Below are positions 50,681 to 59,240 of a DNA stretch of 64,000 bases, piece by piece. A model generated the notes under the pieces. The model saw nothing but the letters and a program-made list of their open reading frames with translations. It was not told the origin of the DNA and made no database searches. Position 1 is the stretch's first letter. Every line of letters starts with the position of its first letter. Source of the DNA: Desulfosudaceae bacterium (GTDB lineage Bacteria; Desulfobacterota; Desulfobacteria; Desulfobacterales; Desulfosudaceae); the NCBI GenBank assembly GCA_963674745.2, contig CAXXDV010000001.1:1600001-1664000 (forward strand). The letters run 5' to 3'. A program made the position numbers and the translations under genes.

Positions 50681-51088
50681 ATGTCAGTTGATAAAAGTAA
50701 GGAAATGCAGGTCAAGGAAAAGCAGGAAGTCGCTTCTCCGGAGCAGACAACACCGGGCCCTTACTACACGCCGACAGTGGATATTTTCGAAACCGATAGT
50801 GCCATAACCCTGCTGGCGGATTTACCCGGGGTAAAACCCGAGGGCCTGACAATTGATCTTCGGGATAACGTGTTGACCCTGACCGGGGAAATTGCGCCGT
50901 TTGAAAACGCGAATGAGGAAGACCTGATCATTGAATATGAGGTGGGCAAATATTTTCGCCAGTTTACGATATCCAATATCATTGATCAGGAGAAAATCCA
51001 GGCGAATCTGAATGACGGTGTTTTAAACCTGATGCTGCCCAAAGCGGATAAAGCCCAACCCAGAAAAATAGCTGTAAAAAGTGCATAA
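50681..51088 (+). CDS. Hsp20/alpha-crystallin small heat shock protein
   Basis: P.VDIFE, ADLPGV, YFRQF, DGVL.L.LPK. Confidence 0.95.
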   Translation: MSVDKSKEMQVKEKQEVASPEQTTPGPYYTPTVDIFETDSAITLLADLPGVKPEGLTIDLRDNVLTLTGEIAPFENANEEDLIIEYEVGKYFRQFTISNIIDQEKIQANLNDGVLNLMLPKADKAQPRKIAVKSA

Positions 51089-51100
51089 CAGGTGAAATAT

Positions 51101-51142
51101 AAAAACGGGCGCAGTCGGCAACGCTGTCTGCGCCCGTTTTTT
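51101..51142. terminator. Bidirectional terminator between convergent genes
   Basis: AAAAACGGGCGCAG..CTGCGCCCGTTTTTTT. Confidence 0.85.
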
Positions 51143-51186
51143 TGATCTGTTTAACAGGTTCGGATAAAGTGGTTTTCTCCGGCTGT

Positions 51187-51609
51187 TCAGTCTGTCAGGT
51201 GCCGGTACAGGATTTTATGGTCATCGCCGTAAATGTCCATAAACTCAACACCGATTTCATAAGCGCCTTCTTCATTGCCGGCTTTACACCAGACGACCTG
51301 AACATCGGCACGGACGGGAATCGAAGAGGCCATGAGGTACATGGGCGTGCGTCCGGCCTCGTCTTTAACCTCGGAAATTCGAATCGTGACGGTCAGGACC
51401 GTACCCGGCTCATAGGCAATATCGCTGTAAAAACACAATCCGCCCCGGCTGATGTCCTTGCCGGCCACTTCTTTTGACGTGTTGTCAGAGCCGGCACTTT
51501 CTTTTGCCCTTTTTGACACCCGGTGAGACCGGTTTTTGATATGAATTGAAAGTTGTTTGTTATACCGGGGGGCCTGCCTGCGGTCGCGGTCCTTTGAAAA
51601 GAGCCCCAT
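51187..51609 (-). CDS. PilZ-domain c-di-GMP receptor
   Basis: RRQAPR (RxxxR), DISRGG, VVWC, IGVEF; GGAG RBS before ATG 51609. Confidence 0.88.
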   Translation of the reverse strand: MGLFSKDRDRRQAPRYNKQLSIHIKNRSHRVSKRAKESAGSDNTSKEVAGKDISRGGLCFYSDIAYEPGTVLTVTIRISEVKDEAGRTPMYLMASSIPVRADVQVVWCKAGNEEGAYEIGVEFMDIYGDDHKILYRHLTD

Positions 51610-51990
51610 GGTCTGTCTCCTGCAGATTAATGCCTCAGGTAAAAGATATGTCCTGCCTGACATAACAGTAGGCCACAGGCGGTGTTTTGAGTCAAGTTTA
51701 TAACGGGCACCTCTAAAATGTGAAGGATTCTTTACCGGTAACAATTCATAAATGTTTGTCATGTTTTTTTAAGACGATAGTGTCTCATATTTTTTATAGA
51801 ACGGGATCATTTCGACGGGTCATCGTCCGTCCCTGGCGGTTATTTTATTGCAGGCAACTGATTTTAATGATAAAACAAAAACAATCGAAAAATATCCGCT
51901 TTTTTTTCAGACTGGTACGAATTTTGATTAGATTATTTAATTATCCGTTATTTTCCCCTGTAATAGACACTGCATAAGGAGGTGAATATT

Positions 51991-52623
51991 ATGAATTTCA
52001 AAGAGGTTATGGATGGACGGCGGGCAATTAATTTTTTTGATTCCGAAACCGATGTGCCGGACAACCTGATTCGGGAGATGGTTGGGCTTGCTTCTAAAAC
52101 CCCGTCGGGTTTCAATCTTCAGCCCTGGAGCTTGATGATTCTGCGCGACCAAGCCCAAAAAGAACGCTTGAAAGCCCATGCCTGGAATCAGGAAAAAATA
52201 ACCGATGCGCCGGTGACCATGATTGTTCTGGCGGATACGCAAGGGTGGACTTTTGAAAATTCTTTCGTGGAAAAAACGTTCAGCGAACTGGTAACATCCG
52301 GTGAAATGGCTGAATCGCAACGGGACTGGTTTGCCAATGCCGCCGCAACGTTATATGGCGCCAGTGAGACACGTAAAGTGGCCTTTGCCTGTAAAAATGC
52401 CGGATTTTTTGCCATGTCCCTGATGCTGGCTGCCAAAAGCCTGGGACTTGAAACACACCCCATGGACGGTTTTGATATTGACGGCGTCCGGAAAGAATTC
52501 AGCATTCCGGACAACTACTGGATCATGATGCTGCTGGCAGTGGGTTATTTAAAGCCCGGTGTCACCATCAACCCGCCCAAATGGCGCAAATCCTTTGATG
52601 AGATCGTGGTGGATTTTTCATAA
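51991..52623 (+). CDS. Nitroreductase family protein
   Basis: RRAINFF, TPSGFNLQPW, LMLAAKSLGLETHPMDGFD; AAGGAGG RBS. Confidence 0.93.
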   Translation: MNFKEVMDGRRAINFFDSETDVPDNLIREMVGLASKTPSGFNLQPWSLMILRDQAQKERLKAHAWNQEKITDAPVTMIVLADTQGWTFENSFVEKTFSELVTSGEMAESQRDWFANAAATLYGASETRKVAFACKNAGFFAMSLMLAAKSLGLETHPMDGFDIDGVRKEFSIPDNYWIMMLLAVGYLKPGVTINPPKWRKSFDEIVVDFS

Positions 52624-52641
52624 AATTTTGGAGGAGATATT

Positions 52642-53607
52642 ATGCTGGCATTAGGCCTCATGGGCAGCCCCCGGAAAAACGGCAACAGCAATTTTTTACT
52701 GAAAACCTTTATGGCGGAACTGGAGAAAAAGGGGGCCAGAATTACCCTGGTCAATGTGCCGGAGAAAGACATTAACCCCTGCCAGGGTTGTGTTTTCTGT
52801 GAGAAAAAAGGCTACTGCCGCCAACAGGATGATGACATGACCCGGGAGATATATCCGCTGCTGCGCCGGGCGGAAATTATCGTGCCTGCTTCACCCATGT
52901 ATTTTTACAGTGTGACCGCACAATTAAAAGCCCTGATCGACCGTTCACAAGCCCTGTGGTCCAGAAGATACCGGCTGAAGCTGACCGATCCCCTGGCCGG
53001 CACCCGGGCGGGCGTTATGCTGTCTGTGGGGGCCACCAGGGGTAAAAATTTATTTGAGGGCACGCATTTAACCGCCAAATATTTTTTTGATGCCCTGTCG
53101 GCGAATTTTGTTGGAGAAATGGGGTATCGGCGTGTGGAAAATCCCGGCGATATGGAGAAACTGCCGGACGTTTTAACGGAAGTCCGAACAGAAGCCGCCA
53201 AGCTGGACCCGCTTTTCAACCGGGAAAAGATTCTGTTCCTGTGTGTGGGAAATACCTGTCGCAGCAAAATGGCCGCCGCTTTTGCCCGGCAGCTGGCCGG
53301 TGACCGGGTTGAAGCTTCAAGTGCCGGAAGTGCGCCGGCAGCCGCCCCTAACCCGGTCATGATCGAAGCCATGGCGGAAAAAGGCCTGGACATGTTTCTG
53401 GACAATCCACAATCCATCGAGGCGGCCTTGACTGAAATCAAACCGGACAAAATTGTTACCATGGGTTGTGAAGAAAACTGCCCTGTCGTCCCGGGGGCGG
53501 AGATGATTTCCTGGGACATCGAAGATCCGGCCGGGCAGGGGCCTGACGTCATGCGGCAGATCCGGGATGAGATTGAACAGAAGGTGAGGGGGTTGGTCGG
53601 TGCCTAG
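52642..53607 (+). CDS. Iron-sulfur flavoprotein (FMN_red) fused to an ArsC/LMW-PTP domain
   Basis: GSPRKNGNS, CxxCxxCx5C, ASPMYF..KALIDR; C-terminal LFLCVGNTCRS, SAG, TMGC...CP, WDIEDP. Confidence 0.9.
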   Translation: MLALGLMGSPRKNGNSNFLLKTFMAELEKKGARITLVNVPEKDINPCQGCVFCEKKGYCRQQDDDMTREIYPLLRRAEIIVPASPMYFYSVTAQLKALIDRSQALWSRRYRLKLTDPLAGTRAGVMLSVGATRGKNLFEGTHLTAKYFFDALSANFVGEMGYRRVENPGDMEKLPDVLTEVRTEAAKLDPLFNREKILFLCVGNTCRSKMAAAFARQLAGDRVEASSAGSAPAAAPNPVMIEAMAEKGLDMFLDNPQSIEAALTEIKPDKIVTMGCEENCPVVPGAEMISWDIEDPAGQGPDVMRQIRDEIEQKVRGLVGA

Positions 53608-53699
53608 GGCGTTCTGTCTCTTCCCTTGACCCCTGTGAGCGTTTGTCCTTTTGAAAGACGATAACACGAACTTCATAGAAAGAAAAAAGGAGGCTCCAA

Positions 53700-54299
53700 A
53701 TGGCCCGTATTACACTCAAAGACAATCCTGTAAATACCTGCGGAAATTTGCCGGAGGTCGGCACAAAAGCCCCCGATTTTCTGCTGACCCGGGTGGACCT
53801 GAGCGATTTTTCCCTGGCCGATATGGCCGGTAAAATGGTGATCATGAATATTTTCCCCAGTATTGACACCTCCGTCTGCGCTTTGTCCGTTCGCACATTC
53901 AACAAACAAATTGTGGAATTTCCCAATACGGTCCTGCTGGCTGTCTCCCTGGATCTGCCGTTCGCGCATCAGCGATTCTGCGAAACGGCAGGGATTGAAA
54001 ATGTTGTGTCCGCTTCAGAGTTGAGAAACCGCAACTTCGGTGATGCTTACGGTTTGCGGATGATAGACGGGCCGTTGGCCGGTCTGTTGGCCAGGGCCGT
54101 GATTGTTCTGGATGAGACCGGAACGGTTCGTTACACCCAACTGGTGCCGGAGATTGCCCAGGAACCTGATTATAATGCGGTTTTTGGCGCTCTGAAAAAC
54201 GCCATGGCGGAAACGGATGCCTGCCTGCAAAGCGAAACCGCGGAACAGGCCCGGGCCGCATCAACGGATGAACCGTGTGATGACGGTCGTGCGGGTTGA
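53700..54299 (+). CDS. tpx: Thiol peroxidase (Tpx) with C-terminal two-Cys extension
   Basis: NIFPSIDT.VC, SLDLPFA..RFC, GPLAGLLARAV, EPDY. Confidence 0.93.
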   Translation: MARITLKDNPVNTCGNLPEVGTKAPDFLLTRVDLSDFSLADMAGKMVIMNIFPSIDTSVCALSVRTFNKQIVEFPNTVLLAVSLDLPFAHQRFCETAGIENVVSASELRNRNFGDAYGLRMIDGPLAGLLARAVIVLDETGTVRYTQLVPEIAQEPDYNAVFGALKNAMAETDACLQSETAEQARAASTDEPCDDGRAG

Positions 54300-54357
54300 T
54301 TTTCCGCCCGAAAAAGTCAGTGCAAAAAAGGTGTCTGTAATTATAATGGAGAGCAAT

Positions 54358-54564
54358 ATGTCCAAATGCCCGATATGCGGCTGTCAGTGTTTTTACATCA
54401 AAGACCCTGAAGATGAATATGAAACGTTCGAATTTTCCGTGAGCGATGGTAGGGTAACCTTCTCCGAGATCGGCAACAATAGCCAGCCGGTTGACGGACA
54501 AACCCGCATCCATTGCAATGACTGTTCCTGGAAAGGGTGTTTTGAGGATATTGCGGAGAACTAG
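54358..54564 (+). CDS. Small Zn-ribbon-like protein
   Basis: GGAG RBS; MSKCPICGC...HCNDCSW; 68 aa. Confidence 0.7.
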   Translation: MSKCPICGCQCFYIKDPEDEYETFEFSVSDGRVTFSEIGNNSQPVDGQTRIHCNDCSWKGCFEDIAEN

Positions 54565-54832
54565 CCCGGTTATTTCACGAGTCGAGTTTGCCGCAGATGC
54601 GAGGCGCAGCATGCGAAGCTGTAGTGAACTACTGCGAGTATGCTGCAACAAAGCAGGTGCGGTGAAATCGGCTCGCCCGGAGGGTGATATTTTTTGATAC
54701 AAATTGACCGGATTTCTTCAAAAAAACAATTACAGTTTGTATTTTGTCAAAACGGATAAAATATATCATAACAGATTGGAATGTAATCATAATAAATTCA
54801 ATATCAAAAAATTTCATGAAATATTCGGGTTA
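54562..54832. mobile_element. MITE-like element with imperfect TA-ended terminal inverted repeats
   Basis: Left TAGCCCGGTTATTTCACGA; right end reverse complement TAACCCGAATATTTCATGA; internal long hairpin GCAGCATGCG..GTAG..CTAC..CGAGTATGCTGC. Confidence 0.65.
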
Positions 54833-54838
54833 GGACTC

Positions 54839-55045
54839 ATGCCATTTGTAACGATCCCCGGTCTAAAAGGACAGCTTTACGTTCCGGAACAAAAGCCGGA
54901 CACAAAAAAAAAGCATCCTTGTCCGGACTGTTTTTCCTGTCAGCAGTGCAGTGAGTCCCGTTGTCACGTTTGTCGCAACCAGAAAAGGCGCGCTGGCAGA
55001 AAATCCATTCAGATTCAAGACGCGATGGAAAAAAATCATGAGTGA
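54839..55045 (+). CDS. Small Cys-rich protein
   Basis: [38 protein letters not shown]; overlaps the trxC start. Confidence 0.65.
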   Translation: MPFVTIPGLKGQLYVPEQKPDTKKKHPCPDCFSCQQCSESRCHVCRNQKRRAGRKSIQIQDAMEKNHE

Positions 55046-55490
55046 AAAACAGATGATCATCCCCTGTTCCCGGTGCCGTTCTAAAAACCGGGTTGCGCTG
55101 GACAGGGTGAATCAGAAGCCCAAATGCGGTAAATGCGGCGCGGCGCTTTCAATGCCGGTTTTTGATAAACCGGTGGCCATTACGGATGCAACCTTTGACC
55201 AGGAAGTCTTTGCGTCCCCCTTGCCGGTGCTGGTCGACTGCTGGGCGCCCTGGTGCGGTCCCTGCAAGATGATCGGTCCTGTCCTTGATGAATTGGCGCA
55301 GGCCTATCGGGGAAAGCTGAAAATCGTCAAGCTGAATGTGGATGAAAATCCGCAGACGGCATCGGCTTATAACATCAGGAGCATCCCGACCCTGTTGTTC
55401 GTCAAAAACGGGAAAATCGTGGATACCCAGGTGGGTGCCCCCTCAAAAAATGCACTGACACAGCGGATAGCGCAGCTGTTTGCCTTATGA
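55038..55490 (+). CDS. trxC: Thioredoxin 2 (Zn-finger thioredoxin)
   Basis: N-terminal CxxC..NR..Cxx[15 protein letters not shown]. Confidence 0.93.
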   Translation: MSEKQMIIPCSRCRSKNRVALDRVNQKPKCGKCGAALSMPVFDKPVAITDATFDQEVFASPLPVLVDCWAPWCGPCKMIGPVLDELAQAYRGKLKIVKLNVDENPQTASAYNIRSIPTLLFVKNGKIVDTQVGAPSKNALTQRIAQLFAL

Positions 55491-56561
55491 TGCAGGCGGT
55501 GTCGGCGTCTGAGCCGGTTCCTGTGACGGGGCCGGCGTAACCGTTTCTTCGCCCCTGTCCCACAGGTGTCGGGCGTATTTCAAATATCCCTGGACGTTAC
55601 GGAGCCGGACGTCCTCACCCGGGTCAGGCATGATGATCTGTCCGTTCAACAGCGGTTTCATGTATCCGGCCAGTTCTTTGCTGCCGCCACCGGTAATGAT
55701 CATGGCGTCCATATCCCAGTCATCCGCCCAGGCCTGGTTGACCTCGTTGGCAATGACTTCGGCTGTCTGCTTGTAAACCTGCTCCCTGGTTTTTTCCAGG
55801 TTGTATTCCTGGCCTTTTAACTTGATGGTGCCGACTTCCACCGGGTCGTACAGGCGGTAAAGTTCAATGCTGAGGCCGCTTTTCTGGCGGATTTTTTCCG
55901 CGATCTGGCGGAAACAGTCAGAAACCCCCAACTTGACGGTCTTTGACCCGCGGTTGATATAGTGGAGCTTGTCAAACAGGATGTAGTCGGTGGTATTAAA
56001 CCCGATGTCCACTACCCCGACTTTCTGCCTGGACAGATCCCGGTTGGCGACTTTCCCCCGATCGTTCAGGATAAGGTTGAGCATGCTGCCGAAAGGCTGG
56101 GGAATCAGTTGTACTTTACCGATGTTCAACCGCCGCTGTATTTCCGTCCCATCGGATTGATGGTAGGTGACTTCGTGATGCCCCTGCAGGACCTGTTTGA
56201 ATTTATCTCTGTATTCGCGGAAATACATTACCGGCAGACCGGACACGATTTGAAGGGGAACATATCTTTCGGTCAGCAAACCGATTGACGTCAAGGCCAG
56301 TACCTGCAGAAAATCCGTGATCAGTTTTTCCTGCTCAAGGGTGTAATGACGAACGGTACTTTGTTTTTCAGCGTAATCTCCGACAAAATAATCCTGGCCG
56401 TTTACCGTAACGTGCAGACTGTCCGTCGGCGACGACATGGCGAAATCCGACATGAACTGAATTTCTTCGGCATCACCGATCAGAGATTTAAACATCAGGC
56501 TTTCTTTGCCGTTGGTGGCCTTTGTAAATCCAAAACCGATATCCAGACCGAGAACTTCCAT
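55485..56561 (-). CDS. ParM/StbA-family actin-like ATPase
   Basis: [49 protein letters not shown] before ATG 56561. Confidence 0.88.
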   Translation of the reverse strand: MEVLGLDIGFGFTKATNGKESLMFKSLIGDAEEIQFMSDFAMSSPTDSLHVTVNGQDYFVGDYAEKQSTVRHYTLEQEKLITDFLQVLALTSIGLLTERYVPLQIVSGLPVMYFREYRDKFKQVLQGHHEVTYHQSDGTEIQRRLNIGKVQLIPQPFGSMLNLILNDRGKVANRDLSRQKVGVVDIGFNTTDYILFDKLHYINRGSKTVKLGVSDCFRQIAEKIRQKSGLSIELYRLYDPVEVGTIKLKGQEYNLEKTREQVYKQTAEVIANEVNQAWADDWDMDAMIITGGGSKELAGYMKPLLNGQIIMPDPGEDVRLRNVQGYLKYARHLWDRGEETVTPAPSQEPAQTPTPPAS

Positions 56562-56778
56562 TTTCACCTCCGCAGCACAGCGCAACTTTGAGTTTGCGTC
56601 CGGGACAGACCGGCCGCGTAATGTTTAAGACAGAACCCCCAAAAATCAAGTAATGACTTGCATTTATTGTTGTTATCTATAACAAGGGCGCAATTTTGTG
56701 TCAACGTTTTTTCTGGCGCATGTATTCACCTGAATCGGATACCTGCGGGTTGATTTAGACCCGGGTCGTGTGCACATT

Positions 56779-56929
56779 GTAGGGGCAGGCCCCCGTGCCT
56801 GCCCGGTTTAGGGCAACCACAGGGGGTTGCCCCTACGGTTCGAGGTGAGAGCTCATGCATAATGTAGGGGCAGGCCCCCGTGCCTGCCCGCTTATGGGGT
56901 TCCCCCTACATCATAAAACATTCGGGTTA
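56779..56929. repeat. GTAG REP doublets plus TA-ended IR end
   Basis: GTAGGGGCAGGCCCCCGTGCCTGCCC at 56779 and 56864; GGGCAACCACAGGGGGTTGCCCCTAC; TCATAAAACATTCGGGTTA overlapping the stop of the minus-strand gene. Confidence 0.85.
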
Positions 56930-57631
56930 AACAAGGGACATGACCGAGCGCCAGCGGTCGAGTTCAGTTTCAACCGGCAGGCCGCGCGCTTTTAAAATCG
57001 CGATAAGCGGTTCGGTGTTGAAACGGAGGGTGGGGTTGATCTGATATTCCCGGGCCAGCGTGGAGCGGACCAGATCCGGTGAATAGGTTTTTAAGAAGTC
57101 ATCAATGGCCGGGTTGTCCGGCTCGATCTGCCGGGCGGTTTCCATGTATTCGAGGACATAATCATGCCCCCCGTAAATCATGGTGGTGTCCGGAAAGGCC
57201 ATGATCAGCTTGATGGACTCGAAATAACGATCCAGATCACCGGTAAAACACCGGCCGACTTTGCCGGTAAAGAGGGTGTCACCGGTTATCAGGTCCGATC
57301 CGACGCGAAGAATCACCGAATCCTGTGAATGCCCCGGGGTATGATAAACATCAATTCGTTCCCCCTCAAGGTTGATCATTGGGTTGCTGATCAGCGCGTT
57401 CATCTCGATTATCCCGGCGCCGGTCTTGCTCCCCATGGCGTCATTGCCGATGGTATGATCCGGATGAGTGTGGGTATTCACGATGGCTTGCAGCGTCAGG
57501 CCGTTCCCGGCAAGAAACGACACCATTTCTTCCACCGCCCCGGGATCAACGGCAATGGCCGATTTTTCGCCGTAAATCAAATAACCCAGGTTGTCATCCA
57601 CGTCGTACCGGAATTGTTTGATGTTCAGCAT
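56927..57631 (-). CDS. Hydroxyacylglutathione hydrolase-like metallo-beta-lactamase-fold protein
   Basis: VDPG, THTHPDH, TPGH, TGDTLF, GHDY, E...NP.LRF; GGAGG RBS before ATG 57631. Confidence 0.9.
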   Translation of the reverse strand: MLNIKQFRYDVDDNLGYLIYGEKSAIAVDPGAVEEMVSFLAGNGLTLQAIVNTHTHPDHTIGNDAMGSKTGAGIIEMNALISNPMINLEGERIDVYHTPGHSQDSVILRVGSDLITGDTLFTGKVGRCFTGDLDRYFESIKLIMAFPDTTMIYGGHDYVLEYMETARQIEPDNPAIDDFLKTYSPDLVRSTLAREYQINPTLRFNTEPLIAILKARGLPVETELDRWRSVMSLV

Positions 57632-57664
57632 GTCTTTGGCCTCCGGGCACATTTTCATTGTCGT

Positions 57665-57722
57665 GTAGGGGCAGGCCCCCGTGCCTGCCCGGTAAAGGGC
57701 AACCACTGGGGGTTGCCCCTAC
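57665..57722. repeat. GTAG REP doublet
   Basis: GTAGGGGCAGGCCCCCGTGCCTGCCC-ggtaaa-GGGCAACCACTGGGGGTTGCCCCTAC, near-identical to 56779-56836. Confidence 0.9.
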
Positions 57723-57753
57723 ATTATGCGTCAAAGAAAAGAACACATAAAAT

Positions 57754-59217
57754 CTACTCAAGGCACCCCTTGGAAACGCCCTCATCAACCGGGACCGGAT
57801 AACATCCGTCAAAACAGGCCTTGCAAAAGGTCTCCCGGTCATTCTGGTTGCCGCTGATGGTTGATTCAATCAGGCCTTCCAAGGATAGGTAGTGAAGAGA
57901 ATCCAGTCCGATATATTCCTGGAGTTCTTTTAACGACATGGAAGCGGCGATCAGCTCTCCCCGGGTGGAAAAATCAATGCCGTAAAAACAGGGGAAGCGG
58001 TGGGGCGGGCAACTGACACGCATATGGACTTTTTTAACGCCTAGTTCACGCAGGGCCTTGATCCGGGTGCGGGCGGTCGTCCCACGGATAATGGAGTCCT
58101 CGATGATGATAATTTCTTTTCCCCTGAGCAATTCCCGGACGGGATTCAGTTTGACCCGCACCCCGAAATCGCGCATGTTCTGGGTCGGCTGGATAAAGGT
58201 GCGGCCGATATAGTGGTTGCGGATCATGGCGATTTCAAATGGAAGGCCTGACTCTTCGCAATAACCCAGGGCGGCGTAATTGCCGGAGTCGGGAAAAGGC
58301 ATCACCAGGTCGGCGTCGACCGGTGCTTCCCGGGCCAGTTGACGGCCCTGGGCTTTACGGGTGAGATAAACATTATGCCCGTAAATGGTGCTGTCGGGCC
58401 GGGCAAAATAGATATACTCAAAGATGCAGAATGTCTGCTTCCGAGGTTGCGGACAGAACAGGCTGCGGATCCCTTTTTTGTCGATAATGACGATTTCGCC
58501 GGGTTCCAGTTCGCGGATAAAATCGGCCTGCAACAGGTCAAGGGCGCAGGATTCCGAGGCCAGGACGTAGTGACCGTTTAATTTTCCCAGGCACAAGGGC
58601 CTTAACCCGTTGGGGTCCTTGATGCCGACGACTTCGCCCTTTCCGGTAAGCAGCACAAAAGAGTAAGCGCCCTTGAGTTTTTCAACCATGTTGAGCAGGG
58701 CCGGTTCAAAACCGTGCTTGAGATTTTTAATGAAAATATGAAGGGCCAGTTCGCTGTCCATGGTGGTTTGAAAAATGGAGCCTTCCTGCTCCAGTTCCTG
58801 CTTCAGCACATGGGCGTTGACCAGGTTTCCGTTATGGGCCAGGGCATAGGAATAACCCATGTGATGCACGGCAAACGGTTGGGCGTTGACCAGTGTGGAA
58901 CTGCCGGTGGTGGAATAGCGCACATGACCGATGGCACTGCCGCCGTTTAATGTTTCTAAGTGCCGCATTTTGAACACGTCGGACACCAGGCCCATGCCGT
59001 TATGGGTGGTGATGCGCCGGTCCTTGGCAACGGCTATGCCGGCACTTTCCTGGCCCCGGTGCTGCAGGGCGTACAGGCCAAAATAGCTAATCTTGGCGGC
59101 TTCGGGGTGGTCATAAATACCGAACACGCCGCAGGCTTCGCGTGGCTTGTCCGGGGCATCCAGGTCTGAAAAACATAAGGAATCGGGTTCTGGTATCAAC
59201 AAGATATACTCCGCCAT
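57754..59217 (-). CDS. purF: Amidophosphoribosyltransferase
   Basis: Propeptide then CGVFG, LQHRGQESAG, GHVRYST, CIFEYIYFARPDS, IEDSIIRGTT, CFYGID, CKACF. Confidence 0.97.
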   Translation of the reverse strand: MAEYILLIPEPDSLCFSDLDAPDKPREACGVFGIYDHPEAAKISYFGLYALQHRGQESAGIAVAKDRRITTHNGMGLVSDVFKMRHLETLNGGSAIGHVRYSTTGSSTLVNAQPFAVHHMGYSYALAHNGNLVNAHVLKQELEQEGSIFQTTMDSELALHIFIKNLKHGFEPALLNMVEKLKGAYSFVLLTGKGEVVGIKDPNGLRPLCLGKLNGHYVLASESCALDLLQADFIRELEPGEIVIIDKKGIRSLFCPQPRKQTFCIFEYIYFARPDSTIYGHNVYLTRKAQGRQLAREAPVDADLVMPFPDSGNYAALGYCEESGLPFEIAMIRNHYIGRTFIQPTQNMRDFGVRVKLNPVRELLRGKEIIIIEDSIIRGTTARTRIKALRELGVKKVHMRVSCPPHRFPCFYGIDFSTRGELIAASMSLKELQEYIGLDSLHYLSLEGLIESTISGNQNDRETFCKACFDGCYPVPVDEGVSKGCLE

Positions 59218-59240
59218 TCAGGGATTATAGAAAAGATAAA

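Noticed and set aside
54297..54312. Sec readthrough at other TGA stops (tpx 54297, 37038, 47243)
   Set aside because: These proteins appear complete at the stop, with no Cys-aligned paralogue or convincing downstream coding continuation
57632..57706. N-terminal extension of the metallo-beta-lactamase-fold ORF
   Set aside because: It is a translated REP doublet; the RBS supports ATG 57631
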